Positions 23,105-33,840 of a DNA stretch of 33,840 nt are shown here, one piece after another. The stretch covers positions 1-33,840 of the forward strand of contig JASJQH010000069.1 in NCBI GenBank assembly GCA_040143965.1, in the 5' to 3' direction. Position 1 is the stretch's first letter. Each line of letters opens with the position of its first letter. The notes under the pieces are model-generated. The model worked only from the letters and a program-made list of their open reading frames with translations, did not search any database and was not told the DNA's origin. A program made the position numbers and the translations under genes. The stretch is from Basidiobolus ranarum. Taxonomy: Eukaryota.

Positions 23105-23408
23105 GTCAAGTCAACAGGCTAGCAGTGAACTAAAAAATATAGTCAGTAGCTATAGCAGTTCAAAGCTTCACTCAAAGGCTATTCTTACCAACCAAGCGAC
23201 TTGGTCACTTAAGATAAATATTAATTTGATTATTTTGCTTTTGCTTGAGATTTCAAGAGTGATCTGATCTAGTATCGTTGGAATTTTCCATCAAGCAGGA
23301 GATAACAATGGAGTTGTTAATTGGGCATTTGACCTTGAGTTTCATATTTGTATTTATGTTAAAGCAAAATGTTTTTCATGTGGTATCTTCTACCTAGGTG
23401 TGTCCAAG

Positions 23409-24704
23409 ATGCAGTATTCATTTTATAAACGCCCTTTGCCATCCAATCTGATAGCTTTCGCATCTACTGAAGGAAAGGAACTATTCAAAGAAACCTTAAA
23501 TGAAGGAAATCTTGAGTCTTATTTTACACTAATTCAACAATTCGATACTCAGAACGATCCAGCTTTTTGTGCTCTGAGTAGTTTAACTATTGTACTTAAT
23601 ACTTTAGAAGTAGATCCAAAACGCCAATGGAAAGGTGTTTGGCGATGGTATAGTGATGAGATGCTTGATTGCTGTCGATCATTAGAACAGGTTCGAGAAA
23701 CTGGAGTAACACTTCCTGAATTTTCGTGTTTAGCTAAATGCAATGGGCTCGACGAACAGACGAATCGTGCAGACCTAACCACTAAGGATAAATTTTGGGA
23801 TGATTTAATAAAGGTATCACAATCTTCAGATACCCTCATGGTAGTAGCTTATCACCGCAAAACTCTGGGACAAACCGGGAGTGGTCATTATTCCCCTGTT
23901 GCCGGGGTGAACCAAAAGAAAAAAATGGTTTTGATACTCGACGTCGCTAGATTTAAATATCCAGTCTACTGGGTTCCGTTTGAGCTTTTATGGGATTCCT
24001 TAAACCCCATAGATTCAGAGACTGGCAAACCGCGAGGATATATTCTTTTGAAAAAAACCCAACAGTTTACTGAAGGACTAGTTCGTTTAGCCTTGAATAA
24101 AAACTCATGGCTGAAACTTTCCAAGACTTTACGCTTGTTGGATGTAAGTACTTGTCAAACTTCGAAGGATCTGGTCTGCCTGATAGTAAAAGGAATTCCA
24201 ATTGAGTATAGTTCGCTAGTCGAGATGAAAATAACCCCAACCATTATCGAAAACAGTGATAGTGATGAAGAATTTTGCGCAGAAAGTTCAAAGAGGCTAA
24301 ACGAAGAGAATAAGCATCGTCAAATCGAAGAGCTAGTTTCAGCGGTAAAAACCCTTCCTATCTACCAGATTGTTGAATCCGTACTTCCATCCAGCTCGAT
24401 TGATAGTACATGTGAGAAGACCAATTCATTGCATCCTCGTTTGTATGTTCCTCCGAACTCCTGCAGTCAGTATATAGCTTTTCTCTCTCTATTCCTACTG
24501 GCTTGGGTTCAAACGACTCGCAAAACATGCTCTGCCAGTGTACCTTCTATGCCAGAGCACTTGGTTACTGAGCTTGTCGATTCAGTGTCCCAATCCACCT
24601 TAGTGTTACACGAGATTGAGGTCATTTCTAAGCAGATTCAATCTTTGAATTCATGCTGTGATGAAGAAAGAGTTAAACGATGCTGTTGCAAACATTCTTC
24701 ATGA
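23409..24704 (+). CDS. PCS1: Phytochelatin synthase (glutathione gamma-glutamylcysteinyltransferase)
   Basis: SFYKRPLP, TQNDPAFCAL (catalytic Cys), DPKRQWKGVWRWYSDEMLDCC, GHYSP (His), LDVARFKYP (Asp), and a Cys-rich C-terminus. First ATG at 23409; single exon. Confidence 0.95.
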   Translation: MQYSFYKRPLPSNLIAFASTEGKELFKETLNEGNLESYFTLIQQFDTQNDPAFCALSSLTIVLNTLEVDPKRQWKGVWRWYSDEMLDCCRSLEQVRETGVTLPEFSCLAKCNGLDEQTNRADLTTKDKFWDDLIKVSQSSDTLMVVAYHRKTLGQTGSGHYSPVAGVNQKKKMVLILDVARFKYPVYWVPFELLWDSLNPIDSETGKPRGYILLKKTQQFTEGLVRLALNKNSWLKLSKTLRLLDVSTCQTSKDLVCLIVKGIPIEYSSLVEMKITPTIIENSDSDEEFCAESSKRLNEENKHRQIEELVSAVKTLPIYQIVESVLPSSSIDSTCEKTNSLHPRLYVPPNSCSQYIAFLSLFLLAWVQTTRKTCSASVPSMPEHLVTELVDSVSQSTLVLHEIEVISKQIQSLNSCCDEERVKRCCCKHSS

Positions 24705-25076
24705 GAAACTTGTTTATTTTTCGGATTTGGATAAAATTATTGCTGAAACACAGCAATCCGGCTCTCAATTTTTTTTTGAATCTACACATTGTTTTGATAT
24801 AGATTGTGTAAATATTTTTGAATATTTGTCAAATAACGATGCTAAAATTTGTTTACTTTGAAGATTATTGACTATGTATTCCAAAAATCCTTAACAATTT
24901 CAATAAATGTGTAACAATACTGAGGGATTCATCAGTAATCCCTCGAATGGCTTAGATTTTTTCATGATGAAACATAAAAATTGGTGCAATTATTGTTTCA
25001 TCTTTACTTCACTTTTGCTCTCTTAGGCGTAGAATTCTCGAACGTTGTTTGCTCTTTTCTACCACATCCTTTGCTA

Positions 25077-28000
25077 ATGTCAACCCCTAAAGAGCAATTG
25101 TTGGCCGCTCTTACTGAGATAGCTTCGCAGGTTCCTGAAAGACTCAAGCCTGCAGAAGCACAACTAAAACAGTGGGAAACTTCTCCAGATTTCCATGTTA
25201 CTCTACAGGTACTAGTACTTACCAACTTTAGATAGCTACAACTACTTTAATTGCAAAAACCGATGCATTTTCTGAACTTGTTAATTATTTATATATCTTG
25301 TGTCCCCGCAAATAAAACGATAGTAATAACTTTTATATAGGAAATATTTTACGACAAATCTCTCGATTTAAGCATCAGATGGCTAAGCATCATTTACCTT
25401 AAAAATGGAATCGATAGGTATTGGAGGAAAACTGCTAGAAAGTAAGTGCATCTCTTAGCTCAGATAAGATAAAGTTTGTTTTCTGATTCATATTTGACTT
25501 ATAGCGCAATTCTTCCTGAAGAGAAAAGCAAAATTAGAGACCGTATATTACTATCTTTTGACGAACCCCACAAACAGGTGAACATCGTAGCATAAAATAG
25601 TGATAGGACATAGTGATACTCATAGGTTTATCTTGATATTAGCTTGCCATTCAAAGCGCCGTCTTAACTTCGAAAATAGCTAGATTTGACGTACCAGATG
25701 AATGGTAGTTATTTGATATCTCTGATAATTTGATCATTTCAAATTGTTAATGTTGCTTTAGGCCTAATCTTCTTCACACTCTGTTGCGCATTATACAAGA
25801 GTCCACATCCGTTGTTGAGAATCCGTTGAGTAGAGTTGTTCAACAAAATACACTCTACACTTTGCATTTGGTAGTCAAGGCTTTATGTTCTCGAACCCTC
25901 AGTAAAAGTCGCAGAATGCTTGAGAGCGTAAGAATCTCTATTTATCGTCAGTAAGCATCTGTGATGACTTAGCTTACCCATTTTCCTAGGTTTCTCCGGA
26001 ACTTTTCCGCCACATTGCGAATATATATATTCAGCATACCGATACTTTATTTTCACTAGCTGCGTCAAGCACTATTAATCCACAAGATTTAAGTAATGTG
26101 CTTGAGCATTCTCTGGTTTCTCTAAAATGCCTTCGAAGACTTGTGGTACATGGCTTCAAAGATATAAATGCCTCTGAAGAAACCAAGGTTAGTACATAAA
26201 ATTAGCTTTGAAAGAACTACTTAATTAACGTAAGTTCTCGTTTTAGACCTTCTACGTTCTACTTATTAGAAATCTCGCTAAATATCTAGCACTAAGTAAT
26301 ACCATACTCGTATTGCTTATATGTAGATACAATAGAAATGTAACATTCTTTTATATTGTTCTTAGGAAATACTGCCTACATTCACGGAACCGAATCTCAA
26401 GTGTTTACCTTACTCAGTTCACATGTCACCCTAGTTGGTAAAGTGTATCTAGATATTCAAAAGTTCCACCCAGTTCCATTTGTTTTGGCAGACGGATTTG
26501 TCGACGTAATTAAGTATTACTGGGATGTGTTAATATCTGAAGGCGCAAGAGTCAGCAAAATTAATGATGTTTTAGGTGAGAAATCCAATATCTTTACAAC
26601 ATTCATATCGATCTACTAACTTTGGAACTCTGCCAGAATCGTCACAACCGCCACCTTTTGAAAAGTTCTTGATACAAGGTCTTTTACTTATCAAAAATAT
26701 CGTTAAAAACATAGCCTATTCAAGTCATGGAGGTAATGATTTCTCGATTTTATACAACACAATTGTAACTTTTACTGACAATCCTGTTGGTGTAGGCGCC
26801 CAGGATTCAGAAGTTGCCCGTGTTCGTGCTGTTCTTGATGGCAACGTTCTCACACCCTCGTTTGTCACTCAGTTTGCTGAACTATTGATTACCAACTATA
26901 TCTTGCTAAAAAAAGAGGACCTTGAATTGTGGGACTCAGAGCCTGAAGAATGGATTTCAGAGGAAGAAGCAGATCATTGGGAATTCCACCTTCGGGTAAC
27001 AATATAGTTCAACTTTTGGATTGTCACCAAACCAGACTAACCTTTGTTATAGTCCTGCGCAGAGAAGGTCTTTATGGATTTATTTTCGCAATACCGTCAA
27101 ACCCTTACCCCCGTTCTTCTCAACTCCTTGGGGAGTGTATCAGGTATGAATAACGTATATGCTACACCTCTAGAATATGCTAACCAATTCATCAGAGGGA
27201 AATGTGGATGATATGAATAGACTTCTTCTAAAAGATGCAGTTTACTGCTCTATTGGCTTAGCTGCCCATGATCTTTATGATGCCTTAGATTTTGATAGAT
27301 GGCTCGTTGAAAGATTGAATGGCGAAGTAAATAACAAGAGTTCAAAGTATTATCTGGAAGATTTTCTTTAAGCACTATACATGTATTAATTCTCAAATTG
27401 CCGTTTAGCTTTAAAATCATTCGCCGTAGAATCGCTTGGCTCGTTGGAAAATGGATTGGCATTAAAGTATCCAAGGAGTCCCGCACAGAAGTATATAAAT
27501 TGCTTCTTAATTTAATGGTTCCGGAAGAAGATCTCGTTGTTAGAATCACTGCTGTTACCAACCTACGAAGCTATATCCTTTCTATATGTTATTGATCTAT
27601 TCCATAATATGTATCAACCTCTCGCATATCATCCTTAACATTTTACGTATTGATGACTGGGACTTTGAGCCTGAGAAATTTATCCCGTACCTTGAACCCT
27701 CTATTGAATCAATCACAAAGATGTTGGACTCTGTTGAGGAATTCGATAGTAGAATGCGTGTCTTAAATACAATGGCAATGATCGTTGAGCGCATGGAGAA
27801 ACAAGTAAGATTTTTATTTTCCAAGAATCGTCTCTACTTCTGCAATCTTATTCCTACTTTTTTAGATCATTCCCTTTGCTCAAAGAGTTATGGATCTATT
27901 ACCACCTCTCTGGTTTGGATCTCAAGATGAAAATCTGTTCAAATCGTCTATTCTCTTAACGGTCACAAAGCTTGTCGGGGTATGGTTTCCGATATTTGCA

Positions 28001-29464
28001 TACGACCTTTTTTGTATCATGGTATTGATTTATCTTGAATGCTCATTTTAGGCTTTGGGCGAAGCTTCAACTAATATGCATAGTTTTGTCGTCCCTCTTG
28101 TTCAACATAGTACTGATCTCAGCCATGTAGGTTCCTTTAAACATGTGATTTCCTCTTGTTTTACTAATCAGCGTGCTTGCACTTTTATTGGAATTTTCTT
28201 GTGTAGCCTGCACATGTATATTTACTAGACGATGGCTTAGATTTATGGCATATTGCCGTTCAAAACTCGACACAATGCTCACAGGAACTGTACTCTATCT
28301 TCCCCAATGTCATCAATCTATTGGAATATGGGTCCGAAAGCTTGAGGAAAGTCTTGAAGATTGTGGAGAGTTATTTGCTTCTTGCACCCGATATGATTTT
28401 ACAGGTAACATCTCGATTTCGCAAAAACTTTTTATCCGGAGTACTAACCCCCCGTTGAAGAACTTCTCGACCTCATTGATGGACGCTTTCACTAGACTTC
28501 TAGGTGATTTGAAACCTGAAGCCTGTAGAGTTGTTACGCACGTAATCGAAACCATGATTCAGCTAAATCGAATGAGCCTCTGTGGTGATGCGATGATATC
28601 CTCAGGTTTGTTGTGGAAATTGATGACTGCAATTCTCGAGAATAAGGTAATGCAATGATAGGATCCAAACTAGCCACTTGAATCGCTAAAATTTGCACCT
28701 ATTTATTGCTTAGGAATATGCTTATGTCCTTGTGAACTATTTATGTACCTTTGCTCGTGTTGCCTTATTTGATCCGGAACTTTTCGTTAAATTTGTCAAG
28801 ATGGCCGGTGAAAGGTGCAACCCACCTCAACCCGACCTTTTGGGCGTTTTCCTTGACCATTGGATTGACAAGGTAACCACCATCGGCTCATACCCTGTGT
28901 TGGATGATAACTAACTATGCTTTATCTCTAGTTCGACAATATGGGTCATCCAAAGCAACGAAAATTAAATGCATTAGCATTGATAACCCTTGCCGCGTTC
29001 GATATACCGGAGGTTAACCAACGATTCCCTCAATTAGTGGGAATCTGGACCGATGTATTGACAGAAGTCAAAGAAAGCGGGGATGGAGAGTAAGTATATT
29101 CAGGCTTCAATTCAGTTCACGAATCGAGAACGGTTTACTAATTGAATTACGATTAGCTCGTCAATCTATTGGGAAGAAAATACCGAGTATGAAGATGATG
29201 TAGAAGGAAATCCTGAGAGTAATAGACGCCGAGAGGTAAGTAGCATCCAACGATCACTTATCTATAAGATTCTAACCTGTTATTGTTCTGTATGAATAGC
29301 TCTTGCAGCATGACCCTGTTTACTCTACCAATCTAATCCAATACACACAAATGAAGTTGAAAGAGAGTGAAAATGCGCACGGAGGCCCGCAGCTATTTCA
29401 ACAGCAAGTTCTCAGCCATGTGGACCCCTTGTTAGTCGAAGAACTTCAAAGATTACTTTCTTAG
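25077..29464 (+). CDS. IPO11: Importin-11 / Kap120-like karyopherin beta, about 22 exons
   Basis: IBN_N domain AEAQLKQWE..YLKNGIDRYWRK, KIARFDVPDEWP, DLELWDSEPEEW, LLLKDAVY, IIRRRIAWLVGKW, DLVVRIT..IDDWDF, KFDNMGHPKQRKLNALA, and HDPV near the C-terminus. Confidence 0.9.
27573..27646 (+). other. U12-type (minor spliceosome) AT-AC intron in importin-11
   Basis: 5' splice site ATATCCTTT (27573-27581), branch site TCCTTAAC (27632-27639), 3' end TTTAC (AC at 27645-27646). Removal gives an in-frame NLRS-C-IDDWDF. Confidence 0.92.
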
Positions 29465-30389
29465 ACCCTCTGTCTTTAGAGCTCAATAGTCAATATTTTA
29501 AGCGGAAATTGAGCGGAATGTTCGTATATTTACTAGTAGAGAGGTAGCTATCATACCCAAAGCATTCAACGTCGATAATAGTATAGTTTCACACTCGTTG
29601 GACTTGTGTTTTTGGAGGCTTCGTTAGCTTTATCGACATATGTGCAATTCAATAAACATTACGTTTTTATTCGCATGAATGAAACATTTCGAATCCCGAA
29701 TCGAAAATCGAGAAACGATATCGCACTTAGGAAATTTCTAAACATTATTTAATACGTTATTGTAGCTGGCGTTTCTTTACACCACAACAGCACAGATCCA
29801 CTAGAAAGGTTGAATGTTTTCATTTAATACTCCACAGCCTGTTTGGTCAATGGACGTACAATGGTGATACTAAAAAGGATCACTTCTAAGAAAGCAAGCA
29901 GATTTGTGTGATATTTATTAGGTAAATTAGAATAATTAATTACCTAGCAGAGATAATTGGAAATACTACAATAAGACTAACCGAATTTGATTCCTTGATG
30001 AAGGTTTCACATTAGCATTCCATCCATTATCTGTACGCACCAATGCATTACGGATTGCATTAAACACGTATCACGTTTAGTAATTTGGTGGTCCAAATAC
30101 TTCTAGTACTATTTAGAATTTGAAATTGGTTAAATTCATAATCAGCCCTATGTAGAAATCTACAAGCATATAACGTGTAACTTCAGACAGTCGCTTTCTC
30201 TGAGTATTATTGTTAATATTGTCCCCTGTTTGTGTGCTCAAGCCTCACTATTTCTTGTTTCAAGTTACTTTTGAAAATATATCGCATTAACTATTGAAGT
30301 ATTTGAGTACTTACCAAAGCCCTCATAACTCTTTTATCTTGTATCTAAACTCCGAAGAGAAGCCTAACAGAGAGTGAGTTTTTTCTACT

Positions 30390-33196
30390 ATGGCTGCAGA
30401 TTTGGCCATAACCCACCACGAAGGATTAAGAACTTATTTATCTTCGTACTTGCAAAGAGGTGAAGAAATATTATTTTGTTATTTTTCTTTATTTGAAGTA
30501 ATAGCTCAATTCTAGTTGGTTGTTATACATATTTCCTGTCAAAAACTCACACCTTTTACCTCTATAACAGAACAAGCTGGTATAAGTGAGCAAAGAAAAT
30601 CTGCTAGAGAAAAATTAACCAAATTATCACGCCAACAGTTTCAAGAACTTTCTACTGATGTGTACGATGAACTTACCCGTCGCATGCTGAACTCTAGTCA
30701 GGGTAAAGTTCACTTGTCTTTTTCTTAGGTAAATATAGTAGATTGATGGCTTTATGTTACAGCTCCCTTTCTTCCCGTGAGTGATGATTTCCACCCCAAA
30801 CGTAACCAAGCGCGTCAGAAATTAGCCACACTCTCCAAAACTAGGTTTAAAGATCTTGCCAGTGACGTATTTTGTGAGTTAGAAAGAAGATATCCAGAAC
30901 TTAAAGAGCAGAGAATTAAAGAAAACATGGTAGAAAAGGTAGAAAGTTATCTGGTTTCTGTTTAATGTTTATTACACTCGCTCATTATCTTTTTAATAAT
31001 ATAACAGCCACGCTCCCTCAACTCGCAGCCTACTTCTAGTATCCCACCATATGCAAATGATTCTATTTACTCGTCAAAGTCGGATGGTGATATACGCGAT
31101 ACAGCGCGTAATAAAGACGCGATGCCCACAGATGTATCTAAATCGGTGATTTTAAAATCTTCCTCAAAAGGTGAAGATAATCTACCCAACTACGATTTGT
31201 TGGTAAACTTTGACTCTTTGGATAACTTGATGGCCGACTTGGGACATATGATAGGCGAAAATAAAGAGGCCCGCGATCCCCCCAAGCCTAAGATAAATTC
31301 ACCAAACTCAACCAAAAAGCTTCCTTCTAAAGAGGAGCATCCTATCCAGGTTCCTATTAAATATTATGTTGTAGACGTCTTTACTTGTAACATAACAAAT
31401 TTTCGCTACAGAATGGCGCCTTGAAACACTCCAATTCCGGGTCGGAGGAAGAAACTGAGGCTTTACGTAAAGACAGTGCTGAATTGAGCCATGTGTCATC
31501 GGTTAGTATCTGGTTACCAGTCTCTAAAAGTAGATTCAGTGATATTGAAATCATTTTATTACAGCAGCCAAATGCTTCAGCGGCTGAATCAATCATAGTA
31601 AAGCAATTGCAAGACGAGTTGGAAAAACAGAAATCTGTACGTTACAAACCATTTTCTAGACGTGTCGACATTATTTAACGCTTTATATTACTCTTCAGTT
31701 AAATCAACAACAGGACCTTATTTTAACTAAACTTCAAAGAGATCATGAGCATTTGCTCAAAGATTACAAGAGTCAACTAGAGGTGAAAGGAGACTTCTCG
31801 TTCATAACGCATGACGCATATCAAAGATCTCTAACAATACATCACAATAGGTTAGCAACAGTATCAAATCGGAAATGTCAACTTTGCTGTCGGAGATAGA
31901 AAGTGTATCGAAAAAAAACGAGGAACTGATATTACGACACGAGCAGACTCAAGCAAAACTGAAACATACCACAGACGAAGTAAACTAATAACTCAATCAC
32001 TTTTCTCGTAAGTCGTTTACTCATATTTTGATGTTTCATTAGAGAACAAAAATTCAGCAAAAACTTGATGAGACCAAGTCAGAGTTGCGTCGCTTGAAAG
32101 GTACCATCCAGATAAAGTCATACGTTTGCTTAATTTCTATGATACTTACATTTCTTTTGCAAAGCTACCTCGGCTTACATTCGAACCGCACCCAAAACTC
32201 ACATCAATGATAATAGTTTAATGAAGCCTCACTCGCATGGTGTCATTGAGGTGGAGAAAGTCACTTCTTACCAAGTGGCTGTAGATGATTTACTATGTGC
32301 TGCCAGGTATGTTTGTAAAGTATTCGAGACAATAGTAAATTACTGGACGTGAACATTTCTCTACTAGATCTGATACTCCTACTGGGGTTCTTATGGCGAT
32401 GAAATCCATAGTCATTACATGCAAGGCACTTACTGAAAGTGTTGAAAAGCACGAGCAAAGAATTGAAGTGGCTGAAGGTGATAATCGGAGAGAAAACATC
32501 AACACCCTTATGTCTAGGATTTCTACCAACCTCTCCAACTTAATGGCTGCTGCAAAAAACCACGCCACTGGATTTGGCGTTTCTCCGGTTTCCCTTCTGG
32601 ATGCAGCGGCCAACAATCTTACAGTAGTTATTGTGGATCTAGTCAGACAGCTCAAGATTAAAAAAAGTCGTACAGAGAGGCCCTCAAATCCCGATGAATC
32701 CGGACATTCTGACGATGATGTTACACTGTCGACTGTGTTGAGCAATTTAAGCACTCGAGATACTAGCCCTAGTTCCGGCAAGCAGTCTATCTTAGAGGTT
32801 AATGAGCTCAAACAATATTTGGAACGCCAAACCGATTCCATTGTGCAAGCTATTCAAGCACTCCTTCAAATAATCAGAAGCTCTCAATTTGGACAAGAGC
32901 TTACCGCTACTATCGAAAATATTAATACCATTGTACAGGATCTAGTAAATATTTCGCGCCACAGCTTTACCAATAGCACTTCTGGAATGCCATATCGGCA
33001 TCGGGCAGAGGCCATACTTTCAGATCTAGAGTCAAGTAATAGCAAAATGTTTAAACTTCAAAGCGATCTAACAAAAGGTACTGACGATGCTCAAGCGTCC
33101 TCGAGCCCTAACCATAAGATTCTTAAGCAGAAGTTGGCTAGTGCCTCCTTTGAAATTGCCAAATATACTAAAGAGCTTGTTGGACTGATAGAATAA
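30390..33196 (+). CDS. SPA2: Spa2/GIT-like cell polarity scaffold (two Spa2-homology repeats, coiled coil, GIT1 C-terminal-like domain), about 11 exons
   Basis: SAREKLTKLSRQQFQELSTDVYDELTRR, DFHPKRNQARQKLATLSKTRFKDLASDVFCELERRYP, VSPVSLLDAAA and KQKLASASFEIAKYTKELV. Confidence 0.9.
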
Positions 33197-33840
33197 TGAA
33201 TTAACCTGCCAAGTGTTGTTCTGTTTAGTCAGAGTTCCAAAATAAACTTAGTGCTCTCGTATCCTGTTTGGGCAACAGGTTTCTAACACGATGGGAATAC
33301 CTAACCTTATAGATTACTTCGTATATGTCTATTGCTCTTACTTGAGCATTATCTTTAGCAGCTTAAATCGCAATAATAAAGTAGATCTTTGACAATATCT
33401 TGCGTTACATGTTTATTAAATAAAACCATATTGTGCAAGGTTTATATAGTACAGTATCAATATACCGCATCGAATGAGCGGTCTACGTGACACTTTGCAA
33501 TCATATATTTATATATATATTATTACTTTTCTTGCTGCCTTCAAAATTCGTAATTTCGCGATATTTCCACTTGACGGATACGTGACATCTCCTTGCCAAT
33601 CATATTGTCTATGATAAGGTTGATCAGAAACAACATTATGCAGAATATTCGCTAAGAACAACAGTTACACGTATTTCGATCTAGTGATGACCTCTGCGGA
33701 GTGACGATTGATCTAGTTCTGATAGGTTGTTCCTTGACGACAAGAGAAACAATGACGACAATGACAATGATGATATTCCGGCTGCTCCAGTTACTTACTA
33801 CCAACATCTCCAAGTGATTTGGCCAAGTAACCTCATTGCC

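Noticed and set aside
24922-24944. 8-bp hairpin GAGGGATT/AATCCCTC between PCS and importin-11
   Set aside because: Too short to distinguish from chance, and bacterial-type terminators are not relevant here.
32293-32841. Long antisense ORFs (also 126-647, 7407-7688, 10914-11354, 21547-21867)
   Set aside because: Shadow frames of real genes on the opposite strand.
33712-33840. Possible exon at the right edge (LFLDDKRNNDDNDNDDIPAAP...)
   Set aside because: Short, no start or upstream exon can be linked, and no recognisable homology; cannot be supported.

Overview
Gene-dense, intron-rich eukaryotic DNA, most consistent with an early-diverging (non-Dikarya) fungus; this is inferred from short 50-80 nt introns, fungal-type NTE1/BUD22/Spa2 genes and retained animal-like genes. 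I reconstructed 14 protein-coding genes by reading splice sites: a 3'-truncated RPS1/eS1, an NHP10-like HMG protein, a membrane protein with a J-like remnant, SOSS-B/hSSB1-like (missed by the ORF track), EMC8/9, BUD22, a PAP2 dolichyl-PP phosphatase-like protein, NTE1, dynactin p150, a sphingomyelin-synthase-like enzyme, an RRM+zinc-knuckle SR protein, phytochelatin synthase, importin-11 and Spa2/GIT. The most notable sequence-level observations are: a textbook U12-type (minor spliceosome) AT-AC intron in importin-11 (27573-27646); a 28S rRNA fragment (1-104) fused head-on into RPS1 and truncating it; two probable GC-AG introns; and a 23-bp x5 minisatellite. I see no convincing new multi-gene system; the locus looks like unrelated housekeeping genes.
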